In this document: piece by piece, positions 1-10,512 of the stretch
Layout: the number at the start of each line of letters is the position of its first letter
Numbering within the stretch: the stretch's first letter is position 1
Origin: an uncultured Armatimonadetes bacterium
GTDB taxonomy: Bacteria > Armatimonadota > Hebobacteria > Hebobacterales > Hebobacteraceae
Direction of reading: 5' to 3'
NCBI GenBank assembly: GCA_963716175.1
Contig: OY970296.1
Coordinates: forward strand, 3,648,001 to 3,712,000
DNA length: 64,000 bases
The notes under the pieces: generated by a model
The model's database searches: none
What the model was told of the DNA's origin: nothing
The model's input: the letters and a program-made list of their open reading frames with translations, nothing else
Program-made: the position numbers and the translations under genes

Positions 1-1
1 T

Positions 2-1222
2 GCGCGGCTTTCGCTGCTTCCCTTCTTAGCGGCAGCGATTCTCGTGCTGACCGTCGCAGGGTGCAGATGGCCGCGCTCGGACCAACCTCGAGGCGCCACG
101 ATCAAGACAGGGGTTGCATCGTCGCGTACCAGGTGGCGCATGCTTGTCGGCGTTACCGAGCAGGGCAGCGATCAGACCAGCGTGTGGGCATGGGATTTCC
201 TCTCGGACGCCGCCCCGATGTTGCTGCTCCGCGATCGGAATATCAAAGGATTCTGGTGGTCCAAGCCGGCCCAGGCGCTGGTTTACGAGGTTTACGCGGG
301 CGGCGACAGCGACTACTTGTGTGTTGTGCGACCGTTCTCGGGTCAGAAGCCGACGCGCAGTAGGATCACGAATGCGCGCATCTCTCAGCTTACGGTCTCG
401 GGCCGGCGGCCAGAGATCGCGTACTTCCTGAGCCGGCGACTACAGGGGGCATGGACGCGGGGCGACGGAGTTGTCTATGTTCGCGACCTCGCGTCAGGGG
501 CAACGCGGCGCATTGAATGGCCGGGGCATTTCGTTGAGGTGGCCTTCTACTCACCTAAGGAGGACTGCCTGGCAGTCCGGGCCAAACGTGGGGAGTATTT
601 CCAGTTGGGGCTGATGTGGACTGACGGAAGGCCTCCTCGCTGGCTGACTGACACGGACCATGACGAGATGCCCATGGGCTGGTCTCCTGACGGCACCAAG
701 ATCCTAGCGGTAACCATGTTGAGGGAAGTGCCGACGCGGCGCGGGCTGCCAATGTGTGACTCAATCTATGATCTGCGCACAGGGCGGTACCTGTCCCTCA
801 CGCGCTCACAAGTCACGGATCTGGGCGGCTCCTGGTCCCCAGACAGTAGATGGGTGGTCTTATCCTCAGACAGGGACGGGCCGTTTCAGCTCTACCGCCT
901 CAATGCGACCAGCGGGAAGCTCTCACTTCTCCACCCCAGTCGAGAAGACGCAAGGGATGCGTCTTGGTCGCCGGAGGGAGATATTATCGTGTTCGGGCGA
1001 GTATCCAGTGGAGGGAAGCGTGAGGTCTGTCTGATCAATGGGAACGGGTCTGGCTTCCGCCCAGCCGAGCGCCAACCTGAGGGGTCGTTTTGGCTGTCGG
1101 GCACCTGGGTGCAACTGCCATCGCGTACAGCGACGATGCCAATGAGAGCACCCAGAGCGCGAACGCCGACGGCTGCCTCAGCACTTACCCCCGCGACATC
1201 GAGAAGCGCGCGACTGAAGTAG
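2..1222 (+). CDS. TolB-like/PD40 beta-propeller lipoprotein (5' end outside window)
   Basis: Frame is open from base 2. Hydrophobic leader ends in lipobox VAGC; repeated WSPDG/WSPDS/WSPEG blades follow. Confidence 0.75.
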   Translation, partial: ARLSLLPFLAAAILVLTVAGCRWPRSDQPRGATIKTGVASSRTRWRMLVGVTEQGSDQTSVWAWDFLSDAAPMLLLRDRNIKGFWWSKPAQALVYEVYAGGDSDYLCVVRPFSGQKPTRSRITNARISQLTVSGRRPEIAYFLSRRLQGAWTRGDGVVYVRDLASGATRRIEWPGHFVEVAFYSPKEDCLAVRAKRGEYFQLGLMWTDGRPPRWLTDTDHDEMPMGWSPDGTKILAVTMLREVPTRRGLPMCDSIYDLRTGRYLSLTRSQVTDLGGSWSPDSRWVVLSSDRDGPFQLYRLNATSGKLSLLHPSREDARDASWSPEGDIIVFGRVSSGGKREVCLINGNGSGFRPAERQPEGSFWLSGTWVQLPSRTATMPMRAPRARTPTAASALTPATSRSARLK

Positions 1223-1285
1223 GGCTGGCTGCAGGCAGGGTCAACAGCATGGCACACTACAGGAATGGCAACTCGTGCTGCGTAG

Positions 1286-1462
1286 CGGCGGAATCAGAGG
1301 GCTGCTGTGAGCATCAGCGGATGGTCGGGGGACGGGACGGCGTTTGCGTACACGCTCGGCAGGAAGGAGGTGAGCCGCATCTACGTCGCTGCCGCGGATG
1401 GCTCCAACTCCCATCCCGTCTCGCCTGCCGATGCGAACGACTTCCTGGCGAGGTGGTCACGC
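1286..1462 (+). pseudogene. Remnant 3' end of a TolB-like paralog
   Basis: Encodes ISGWSGDGTAFAYTLGRKEVSRIYVAAADGSNSHPVSPADANDFLARWSR, which aligns by eye with the C-terminus of the next gene. An in-frame TAG lies at 1283. Confidence 0.5.
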
Positions 1463-2575
1463 ATGAACAGAAGGGTTCCTGCACCTCTGGTCCTGGCATG
1501 CAGTTTGCTCGCCGCCCTGGGCTGCTCGGCTCGCGTAGCGCGTACCGGCAGTCAGGGAGGGCCGGCGCGGTATAACTCACTCCTTTTCGTTCAGAGCGAT
1601 ACCGCTGGCGGACCTGCCGACAGGGGCTGGCGTCTTGCGCTCATGAATGAGAAGGGCGAGGAGAGGCGGCCTCTGGAAGGCACTGAACACGGCATCCCCA
1701 TCGGGTGGAGCCCGACGGGTGAGTCTTTCGCGTACTCCGTTGACGAAGGCGTCCACCTCTACTACCCCAGCACGGGTCGGCGTCTAGCTCTGAACGTGGG
1801 GAAGCGTGTTCTCGGAGCGCTGTCTTGGTTCCCTGAAAGAGAACGGATTGCATTCGACTGGGGACGGCGCTCGCGACGGGGATATCCCACTGAAGCAGGC
1901 CTGTCGGTGATCGACATCGAGAGTGGACAGATCAACGACCTGCTGGTACGAAGAGAGGTGATCACGGTTCCTGTGGTTAGTCCTAATGGGAGGCAGGTGG
2001 CCTTTGGGGACGACACACGTGGCCTCGCCTCGGTGGACTTTGGTCGCCGAGGCGGCCCGATAAGGCTACTCGCGCCACTGGACGGCCAGCAGCGAGTAAC
2101 AGGCATATCCTGGAGTCCTGACGGCCAGTTCGTCCTGTTCAAGCAGAGCACGATCTTGCCTAGCCCTATCAGGGAGTGCTTGCATGTCTGCGACTTAGGC
2201 ACGGGGCGAGTATGGGAGCTTGCCAAAGCTGAGGAGGGCGTCACTATCAGCGGGCTCATTTGGCATCCGAACTCCGGCAAAGCAGCCTTCGCTCTGGTGG
2301 ACTTCGGCAGGCACCATTCCGGGCTGTACTTCGCCAAGCACAGCAAGGCTGCATGGGAAGTGTCGTCGGTTGTGCTGCCCTCCGGGTTCCTGAGCGGGCT
2401 CGCTGGTTGGTCTCCCGATGGCCGGCTATTCTCCTACTCGCTCTTCCGCGGCGACTCGGGCCGGGTTTTCGTCTGCGATGATGAAGGTTTGCATCCGCGT
2501 CCGATCTCGCCCGAGGACTCCATGGACTCGATGCCGCAGTGGCGGCCTGGGTCGGCGCAAGGGAGTGCCAAGTGA
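1463..2575 (+). CDS. TolB-like beta-propeller lipoprotein
   Basis: ATG at 1463 after GAGGTGG; signal peptide with lipobox ALGC; WSPTG/SPNG/WSPDG repeats. Confidence 0.75.
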   Translation: MNRRVPAPLVLACSLLAALGCSARVARTGSQGGPARYNSLLFVQSDTAGGPADRGWRLALMNEKGEERRPLEGTEHGIPIGWSPTGESFAYSVDEGVHLYYPSTGRRLALNVGKRVLGALSWFPERERIAFDWGRRSRRGYPTEAGLSVIDIESGQINDLLVRREVITVPVVSPNGRQVAFGDDTRGLASVDFGRRGGPIRLLAPLDGQQRVTGISWSPDGQFVLFKQSTILPSPIRECLHVCDLGTGRVWELAKAEEGVTISGLIWHPNSGKAAFALVDFGRHHSGLYFAKHSKAAWEVSSVVLPSGFLSGLAGWSPDGRLFSYSLFRGDSGRVFVCDDEGLHPRPISPEDSMDSMPQWRPGSAQGSAK

Positions 2576-4164
2576 TCCCGGAAAGGATCCGCAGTGGGCG
2601 TCTCAGGGTCCTCCTGGTGCTGCCCCTGGTGGTGTCGGTGGGATGCAGCAGCCCGGCCGGCCGGCACTCACCGGCGTTTCGCGAGACGCGTCTTGGGTCT
2701 GTTCCGAAGGGATTTGTGGCCCCGGCAGTCGGTGATCGCCGCGGCTGGCACGCGGCTCTACGCATCGTCGCGGAGGATGGGAGCCAGAGCGTGTGGTTGG
2801 ATGGGCAAATGGGCGCGAGCTACGGTCGGCTGGACCCGGCCAGCCTCATCTTCAGCCCTGACGGCCGGCGGCTTGCCTTTGTTGCCAGCGGCCAGTCCCG
2901 CCGAAACGGGGCCACGTGCTTTGTGGTCGTGGATGGGAGACAGGGTCGGCAGTTCGATGTCATCCCGGGGGAATCGCTGGTCTTCACTCCCGATAGCGAG
3001 CATCTCGCCTATGTTGGAGCGAAAGCAGGAAAGTGGTTTGTTGTTGTGGACCGCCGGCCGCGCTTCCAGAGCTCGAATCCGCTAATGGGCAGCCCCGAGG
3101 GCCGCACCCAAGACCGGTCAAGCTACCTTGTGTTAAGTTCCGACGGGCGCCACATCGCGTGTGTCGCTGAGAGGGGCGGCAAGGCATTCCTGCTGCTTGA
3201 TGGGAAGCTTGGGCCGGGGTATGACGAGGTGTTCCTGAGTGAGATCGTGTTCAGCCCTAATAGCAAGCGGCTGGCCTACCTGGCCAGGGAGGGCGCGAAG
3301 TATCTGGTAACGGTTGATGGTGAGCCAAACGGGGTGTTTGACTCCGTCGCGGCGGGCACACTTGCATTCAGCCCAGACAGCCGACACGTGGCCTACATCG
3401 CGAGCTCGGGGGCGGGCTGGGTCGCGGTGCTGGATGGCCGGCCGGGGCCCAGGTACGATTGGGCGGGCGGGCTGCGTTTCACTGGGGACGGCCGACGCTT
3501 CGTCTACATTGGTAGACGGGGCGGAAAGTCCTCGGTCATCACTAACCGAGTGCCTGGGCCAGAGTGGGATAACATCATGGAGGAGGGAGTCATTGCCGGT
3601 GGCGACGGCCACCTCGCATACGCGGCAAAGCGAGGCGGCAAGTGGGTTGCCGTGGTGGATGGGGTGGCAGGGCCAGGGTACGAGGGGGTTGGGAAGGGCA
3701 GCATGTGCTTCAGTCCGGACGGGAGGAGGGTCGGGTATGGAGCACTGAAGGAGGGCCGGTGGGTGGCGGTCGTGGACGGTCATGAACGGGGGTCCTACGA
3801 CGGCATCGCTGACCTGGTATTCAGCCTGGACAGCAAGAGCTGGGCATACAGTGCCATGGACCGCGGCAAGTGGCTGGTGGTGTGGAACGGGCGGGCCGGG
3901 CCGGCGGAGTTCACAGGGATAGGGGACCTGCTGTTCAGTCCGGATAGCCGTCACCTCGCCTACGCCGCGGGCAAGGGGGGCAAGCACACGGTGGTCTTTG
4001 ACCAGCAAGAACAGCAAGAAGGGCCCGAGTACGCCAATCTAGTGCACGCCCCCTCATTCCATCCCGATGGCATCCTGGAGTTCCTGGGGATGCGAGGCAA
4101 TGGTCTGTACCGGGTGCGTGTTCGGCCCAGCTCGTCGAGTTCGCGCGGAAGAGGTGGTGGGTGA
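2572..4164 (+). CDS. WD40-like/PD40 repeat lipoprotein
   Basis: GTGA overlap with upstream stop; lipobox SVGC; many FSPDGRRLAYxA...VVDG..G..YD repeats. Confidence 0.8.
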   Translation: MIPERIRSGRLRVLLVLPLVVSVGCSSPAGRHSPAFRETRLGSVPKGFVAPAVGDRRGWHAALRIVAEDGSQSVWLDGQMGASYGRLDPASLIFSPDGRRLAFVASGQSRRNGATCFVVVDGRQGRQFDVIPGESLVFTPDSEHLAYVGAKAGKWFVVVDRRPRFQSSNPLMGSPEGRTQDRSSYLVLSSDGRHIACVAERGGKAFLLLDGKLGPGYDEVFLSEIVFSPNSKRLAYLAREGAKYLVTVDGEPNGVFDSVAAGTLAFSPDSRHVAYIASSGAGWVAVLDGRPGPRYDWAGGLRFTGDGRRFVYIGRRGGKSSVITNRVPGPEWDNIMEEGVIAGGDGHLAYAAKRGGKWVAVVDGVAGPGYEGVGKGSMCFSPDGRRVGYGALKEGRWVAVVDGHERGSYDGIADLVFSLDSKSWAYSAMDRGKWLVVWNGRAGPAEFTGIGDLLFSPDSRHLAYAAGKGGKHTVVFDQQEQQEGPEYANLVHAPSFHPDGILEFLGMRGNGLYRVRVRPSSSSSRGRGGG

Positions 4165-4212
4165 GCCGTGGACGATTGCGCGGTCGCTCCGAGGGGGCAC
4201 CGACCGATGCCC

Positions 4213-6541
4213 TCACCGCAGCGTCAGCAGCACCACTGACCGCCCTGGCAGGCGGCCGCTGATCTCGCTGCCCGAGGCGCGGAGGGTGGCGGCGGGGACG
4301 TCGCCGTCCTCGGAGAAGGTGCGGCCGATGAGCTGGATCGGGAGCTTGAACCCCAGCCGGCTGGAGCGAAGGCGAGTGGCGAAGTCCACCGGCTGATCGT
4401 GAACGTTGATCAGCACCAGCGCCAGCCCGGCCCCGGGCGTGCGCCAGGCCGATGCCAGGACCGGAGAGATGCTGCGGCGCGTGGCATGCCGCTCGGCGGG
4501 AGCGGACTGGGACGGGTTCACCAGCAGGTCAACTGCCAGCTCGTCTGACTCAATCCCCAGCAATCCCATGAACTGCGAATAGGGCAGCAGCGCTCCCACC
4601 CCCCAGGCCTGCGCCCGCAGCACGGTGGAGAGGAAGGAGAGCTTGCGGCGGCCGCTGTCATCGCGGGCCTGCTCCGGAGCGAAGCTGGCGAGCATAAGCT
4701 GCTGGCCCCGCACCGCGGCGCGAGCCACCTCGAGGCAGAACTGATCTGTGAAATCACGCGCCATCAGCGGCACCGGCAGCCGCGCATCGCTCACCGCCTG
4801 AGGCAGCATGGGATCTTGAGGCCGGGCGTTCAGCAGCGAGGAGCCAGGGCCGATCAGCGTGGCATAGCCGTGGTACACAGCAGAGAATAGCGGAATGGCC
4901 GACCAGCGGCTCCCGAAGCGGCCGGAGAACAGGCCCTCCCGCTCGGCCGCGGCGTGGCGGGAGACGAAGGCATCCACCACATCGAGATAGGGCTCGGCCG
5001 GGCCGTCGGTGGCGAGATGCACACCGGCGCCCACCTCGGCCTTCACCTCCTCTAACGCCATTCTCACCCCGGCCGCCCACGAGCCGGGGCCGGAATGCGC
5101 GCCTGCATGATCCGGGTCGGTGCAGTCGCGGGGCGCCGACTCGCCCAACTCCTCCAGATAGACCCCTTCCACTCCCCGCTGCACCGCCTCCCGCGCCAGG
5201 GCGACGAGCTTCCCGCGCCAGTAGTCCGCGCCGGGGCACATGACCGCGAGGCCGGACCCCGGGTCTGCTTCATCTGCGGCGAGGGCGTAGCGTTCGGCCC
5301 CCTCCGCCGCGCCAGGCCTCTGATTGCGGGCTGGCGCGCAGGCCATTGAAGCTGATCTGGGTGAGCACTCCGGCCTCCGCCAGCCGGCCTTTGGCCTCGG
5401 CGAAGGCCTGCTCCCCATCGCGCGGAGGGAAGTAGTCGGGATAGGCGCCGCCGCAGGCGCAGCGATGCCAGCAGTGCCAGTCCAGCTTGATCGGGACGTT
5501 GACCGCCCGCTGCAGCTCGCGGGCGGCGGCCACCGCGTGGCGAGCGTCACCCCAATGGGAGAGCCAGAGGCCGTAGGAGCTGGTGAGGGCCGGGAGGTTC
5601 CGCTCTCCTCCCCTACCCCGCGCGCACCAGGGCTGGTGAACTGCCCACGCCCGATACTCGCGGGCGGCCTCCAACCAGTCTCCCATCACCAGACCCAGAC
5701 TGATGGGATATCCAGGGTCCCAGAGGCCGTCATCCCTGCGAGCCGGATAGTGTGTGATCCACAGTGCCAGGCGACTGGAGCCGGGCAGGCCGGCTGCGAC
5801 CAGAGTCTTACGCGCACCAGCAGGATCTTCGGCGCCCAGCCAGGCCGTCGTCCTCTCGGCGAGAGAGAACCCCAGCATCTGCAGGGAGGCGGGGCCGGGA
5901 TAGGCGGCCTGCCAGGTTGCACTCTCCCCGAGCACGGCCAGCGCGGCGCGGGGCTCGCGAATGAGCAGGCCTCCGGAAAGAGGCAGGAACAGCGATTCCT
6001 CGACCAAGCGATCGGCCGCGCCCAAAGCGCAAACGCAGGGGAAGTCCAGCTCCTGCAAGGAGACCTGCTCGGCGAGCTGGGCCTCAAGCTGGAAGCGGCA
6101 GGTTCCAGAGTCTGGCGGAAGGGTGATGACAGCAGTGACCCGGCCTTCCACCTCGGCCGCTCCCACCCGCGGGTTGGCCCAGGCGAGCCGGAGCTGGAGG
6201 CTCCCGTCGGAGGTCGTGGTCGCGGCATGGCCGAACTCGCCGCAACCGCGATTGGTCACCGCGGCGAGATCGGTACCCTCGCGCGTGATCTGAAGCCGCC
6301 AAAGCGCGCCGCGTGCGGAGGCCTCGGCCGAGTCAACCAGCTCGACCTGGGTGCGGCGATGGTAGACGGATAGCAAGGAGCCATCGCTGGCGGAGAAGCC
6401 CAGACTCACCAGCGCATTGCTCAAGACCAGGCGGTCGGCCTCCTGCCGAAAGACCGCCCGGCGCCCCGCGCCGGCCGAGGAGGCGGAGCGGCCCTGGCTA
6501 TCGCCGCCGCTAGCTGTCACCAGCATCCCCACTCGCTGCAA
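4213..6541 (-). CDS. DUF6259-like putative glycoside hydrolase (one frameshift near 5308)
   Basis: ORFs 5270..6541 and 4213..5550 join as ...SEAWR/AEGAERYAL. Motifs GDWLEAAREYRAWA, YPDYFP, MCPGADYW, IPLFSAVYH. Confidence 0.6.
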
Positions 6542-6556
6542 GCATGAAGCTGGCCC

Positions 6557-6919
6557 CTAAAGTGGGCCGGACTCGGCTGATTCGCTTCCTCGCAACGCCT
6601 CTCGCACCAACCGAGCGCGGCTGGCCCGGTCGCAATGGTACCGCGCGTGCAGCATCTGCAACAGCTCCTGCACGTGCCGGTCATCGCTCGGGCCGTACAT
6701 GATGTGCCGGCCGCTGCCCAGGGCGAAGCGCTCGATCAGGCCGGCCTGAGAGAGCTCCTCCAGCGCGAGCGTCACCTCCTCCACGGCCCGCCTCAACTGC
6801 AGGCCCATCTCCCGCGCGCTGCGTATCTCACCGGGGCGCTCATAGAGGTGCAGCAGTATCTCCAGCTTGGCTAAGCTGTCAATGGCCTTGGCCAGGACCA
6901 GGTTGAGTTCGCCCTCCAT
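6557..6919 (-). CDS. Winged helix-turn-helix protein, hypothetical
   Basis: KLEILLHLYERPG..SAREMG..L....EEVTLALEELSQAGLIER pattern. Confidence 0.65.
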   Translation of the reverse strand: MEGELNLVLAKAIDSLAKLEILLHLYERPGEIRSAREMGLQLRRAVEEVTLALEELSQAGLIERFALGSGRHIMYGPSDDRHVQELLQMLHARYHCDRASRARLVREALRGSESAESGPL

Positions 6920-6936
6920 TGCGGCTCCCCTGTCCG

Positions 6937-7655
6937 TTATGTCGCCATCTCGCGGAGGATACGGGCCAGGGCCTGACGCGGGTCATCCCGCGGGTCACAG
7001 GCCGGCCTATCACCAGGTAGTCGGCCCCGGCCTGGAGAGCGGCGCGCGGGGTGCCCACCCGCACCTGGTCTCCCCGCTCGGCCCAGGAGGGCCGGATGCC
7101 TGGCGTGACTGTCAGGAAATCCTTTCCACAAACGCGCTTGATCTCAGGCACTTCGTGCACCGAGGCGACCACACCGTCCAGCCCGGCCTGCTTCGCCATC
7201 AGCGAGAGACGAATGACGGCTTCGGCTGCCGGCTCCCTGATACCTAGCTCATCGCCCAGCTCCCGGTCGCCAATGCTGGTGAGGAGGGTGACTCCGATCA
7301 CGAACGGGGGTGGGAAGCCAGCTTCGGCCGCGCCCCGCGCGGCCGCCTCCTTGGCCGCTTCCATCATCGCGCGCCCGCCCAGCGCGTGCACGTTCAGCAT
7401 AAAGACGCCGAGCCGGCCCGCGGCAGCGGCGGCGCCGGCCACGGTGTTGGGGATATCGTGGAACTTGCTGTCGTAGAATACCTTCGCCCCCAGCTGTCGC
7501 AGCGCGGTTATCGCCTGGGGCCCGGCCGCGTTGAACAGCTCCAGTCCCACCTTCAGCATCCCCACCTCAGACACGATGGCGCGAGCGAGATCAAGGGCGG
7601 CGTCAGGCGTGGGGAAATCGAGGGCGATGATCAGGCGGCTGCGGGCATCGGTCAT
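6937..7655 (-). CDS. pyrF: Orotidine-5'-phosphate decarboxylase (frameshift near 6990)
   Basis: IIALD, KVGLELF, DSKFHDIPNTV, TPGIRP, YLVIGRPVT. The true C-terminus DDPRQALARILREMAT is in another frame ending at 6937. Confidence 0.95.
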
Positions 7656-7665
7656 GGCAGGTCTG

Positions 7666-7674
7666 ATTATAGCA
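7666..7674 (-). promoter_or_regulatory. Extended -10 (TGcTATAAT) of pyrF
   Basis: Perfect TATAAT with TG in GC-rich DNA, 10 nt above the ATG, with no SD. Confidence 0.65.
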
Positions 7675-7754
7675 CAATCGGATACTGATTGACGCTATGC
7701 TGCAGAGCGGCCAACCCCATGCCCGCCCGTACCCGCCTGCCGATTCGCCGGCCG

Positions 7755-10460
7755 CTAGCCCGGGTAGTGAGTGCCGATCTGACGCAAGAACTCCGGATCG
7801 GTGATGCTGTCGTCGTGGCTGAGGGCGAGGATCAGGCCGAGGATGCGGGCGGTGAACGAGTCCATGCTCTCAGCCATCAGGGATTCCACGGGCCCGCCAA
7901 GCAGCAGACCGAAGTCGAGGTGAAGGCGGCTCTTCTCCAGCAGCACGGATCCGCTCCCCAGGTGCACCCGGTAGATGGCCCGCTGGCCCTCTACGATGGC
8001 ATGGGCTTCGTCCTCACTCACGTAGACCGTGGTCAGCCTGAGCGCGCCGCGAGGTAGCGGACCAGAGTGCCGCGCAGGCGGCGCGTCTCCGCAGAGCTGA
8101 ACCCCAGCTCGCCCGCGGCCGCGCGCGAGACCAGCAGATCGGCCTCCCGTAGCGTCTCGCTGAGCACGAGGCTGGAGACCGATCCCAGCGGCAGCGCTTC
8201 GCCGGCGTCGCTCTCGAACCGGACCGCTCCACTGGTGACCGGATCGGCCTCATCCAGGCCTCCCAGCCTCCGGCCCACATCCTCGCCTGCCTTCGCCCAG
8301 GAGATGTGGGCGCGGAGCCCCTGGCGCGGCCATTGCTTCACGGCGTCTCCACTGCCCGGAGCATAGCCGCAACTCCGCAGCAGAGCGAAGGCCTGGCGCG
8401 CGAGCAGCGGGCGTTCTGCGAACCGCAGACAGGAGCGCTCCGACCGCTCGCCCTCCCCCAGTAGGTAGAGCTCGCGGAAGACCTGTTTGAAAGGCTGCGC
8501 GATCCGCCCCTCGATCACGCGCTCCTGCCATTCCTCAAGTCGGCCGCCGTGCAGCAGATCAACCGGATGGGCGACGGTGATGCGAGTGGCGGTGGCGATC
8601 TCCCGCGGCGGCTGGCAGTCCGCGAGCGGGTCCTCGGGAGACCACTGGAAGGGGTTGCCGTCCACGGCCAGCACCAGCCGCGAGGCGAGCGAGCGCACGA
8701 CCGGGTTGGCGAGGAGAACCGCCAGATCGCCTCCCGAGTATTCCAGACCCTCCACCATGGCCTGCTCGAGCCGACTGCGGAAGTAACGGTAGCTCTTCGC
8801 CAGTTGGGCGTGGGCCTGGCGGATCTCCTCATACTGGGGATGGCCACGCAGTTTCGCCGGGACAGAGGCGAGACGGCGAGCCCGGGAGTACACCTCAAGC
8901 TGCACCTTGCCGGCTGCCACCGCGAGTCGCAAATGGTAGCCGCCCACGTCCCACCAGGCCCGCGCCGGCCTGCCCTCCAGACCCGCGTCGGCCCAGGCCG
9001 AGGCCAGATCCACGCGTCTCTCAAGCTGCTCCAGATCGCCGACACCGGTGTGCGCTCGCACTACCTCCAACGCCTCCCGCGCCGCCTGGCGAGAGGCACT
9101 GGTGCCCTCTCGACTCAGGCGGAAGAGCACCGGGGCGGACGCTTCCGCCTGCTCCGGCCACAGCGCGAGCGCGCGCAGGGCGGTGGGCAGGCCTCGGGCC
9201 GCGCGTTGGCAGATGAGAGGGAAGTACTGTTTGCGCAGGGCGTGCACGTAGAACAGGTTATCCATCACTCGGTCGAACTCGGGCACCAAGTGTTGGCGCA
9301 GAAAGGCGCGGCGGCGCACGGCCTCGGGCTCGGGCCCCTCGAAATCGGCCGGCGGGTCGGTGGAGCAGAGGGCGCCGGCAGCCAGCGTGATCTCGTCGCC
9401 CAGGCGCTCCACCCAGGGCGCAAGCACTTCCCCTATCCACCCGACATCCAGCGGGGCCGCTGGGCTTGCCGTCTTCAGCCAGGAGATCGCCTCCTGGTGG
9501 CGCGCCAGTTCCAGCACCTGGCCGACGGCGGCCACCAGATCGGGGCGAATCAGGGACAGCAGACTCAGCACCGGGCCGGAATGGCCCCTGAGCCGGGCGA
9601 TGGTGCTCTCGGCCTCAGGAGTGGCCAGCGAAACCCAGCGCACGACGTGCAGGGGCCACCAGGAGTCTGGCTTGCGCTCCAGCTCCTCGAGCGCGCTCCA
9701 CAGGTAGTCCTCACCTGGGAAGTCTCTGATCCACCCTCCGGTCTGGAACGAAAGCCTGGCGTCCGGTTGGTGGCTGATCTCATACACGGCCTGACGGTAC
9801 CATTTGGCGAAGCCGGGATGAGAGCGGAGGCCGAGGCGATCGAGCGCGGGCCGGTAATCCCCGCGGGGCCCGGCGGCCGCCAGCAGCTGACTCGCCAGGC
9901 AGTCGTGGAAGTCAGACCACTCCAGCCAGCCACCAAGGAACGCCCGCGCGAAGGCAAACCAGGCCGCCTGCGCGGCTTCGACCTCGGGCGAGGCCGCCCA
10001 CCGCCGCAACTGGCGCACCGAGGCCGCGCCGCGCCTCCGCGCTGTCGGTTCCGGCCAGCGCCACCAGCAGCCAGAGCCGCGCCTCGCCAGGGCAGAAGCT
10101 GAGCGCCCGCAGCAAAGGCTCCGGGCGGCTCAAGGGCCGCCGCGCGAGCAGCGCGGCAGCGCGCTGGAGCTGCGGGTCAAAGGCCTGGCCCCTCGCCTCG
10201 GCGATCGCCCCAGCGGCCAGCTCGGTCCAACCAGGGAGGGCGCGATCGAGCTCGGCTGCGGCACGGAGGAGCTGAACGCGATAGCGGCCGGGACGCAGCA
10301 GATCCACGACGCAGGCCGGCAAGCCCGCGATCTCGCGGACCGGCAGCCGCTGGGGCCAGACCCGCTCCAGGCAAGAGAGGAGCCGCGCGCTGCGCGCAGG
10401 TTCAGCCTGCAACCCAGGCGCGGCTGGTTTCGGGTTCAGCTCGCGGGAGACCTCGCCCAA
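7755..10460 (-). CDS. DUF4132-domain protein (frameshifts near 8047 and 10030)
   Basis: Three ORFs (9912..10460, 8033..10018, 7755..8021) join. Motifs RLEQAM, VAHPVDL, QPFKQVFRELY, VLSETLREADL, YRVHLGSG, DDSITDPEFLRQI. Confidence 0.75.
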
Positions 10461-10512
10461 TCTCGCCCCCTATGGGCGGTCCCGGCGGCGCGCCGGAGGC
10501 CGCAGGCCGCAG

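Noticed and set aside
1090-1575. Cys-rich 161-aa ORF overlapping the lipoprotein genes
   Set aside because: No SD or recognisable domain, and it overlaps two better-supported frames; at most a fragment.
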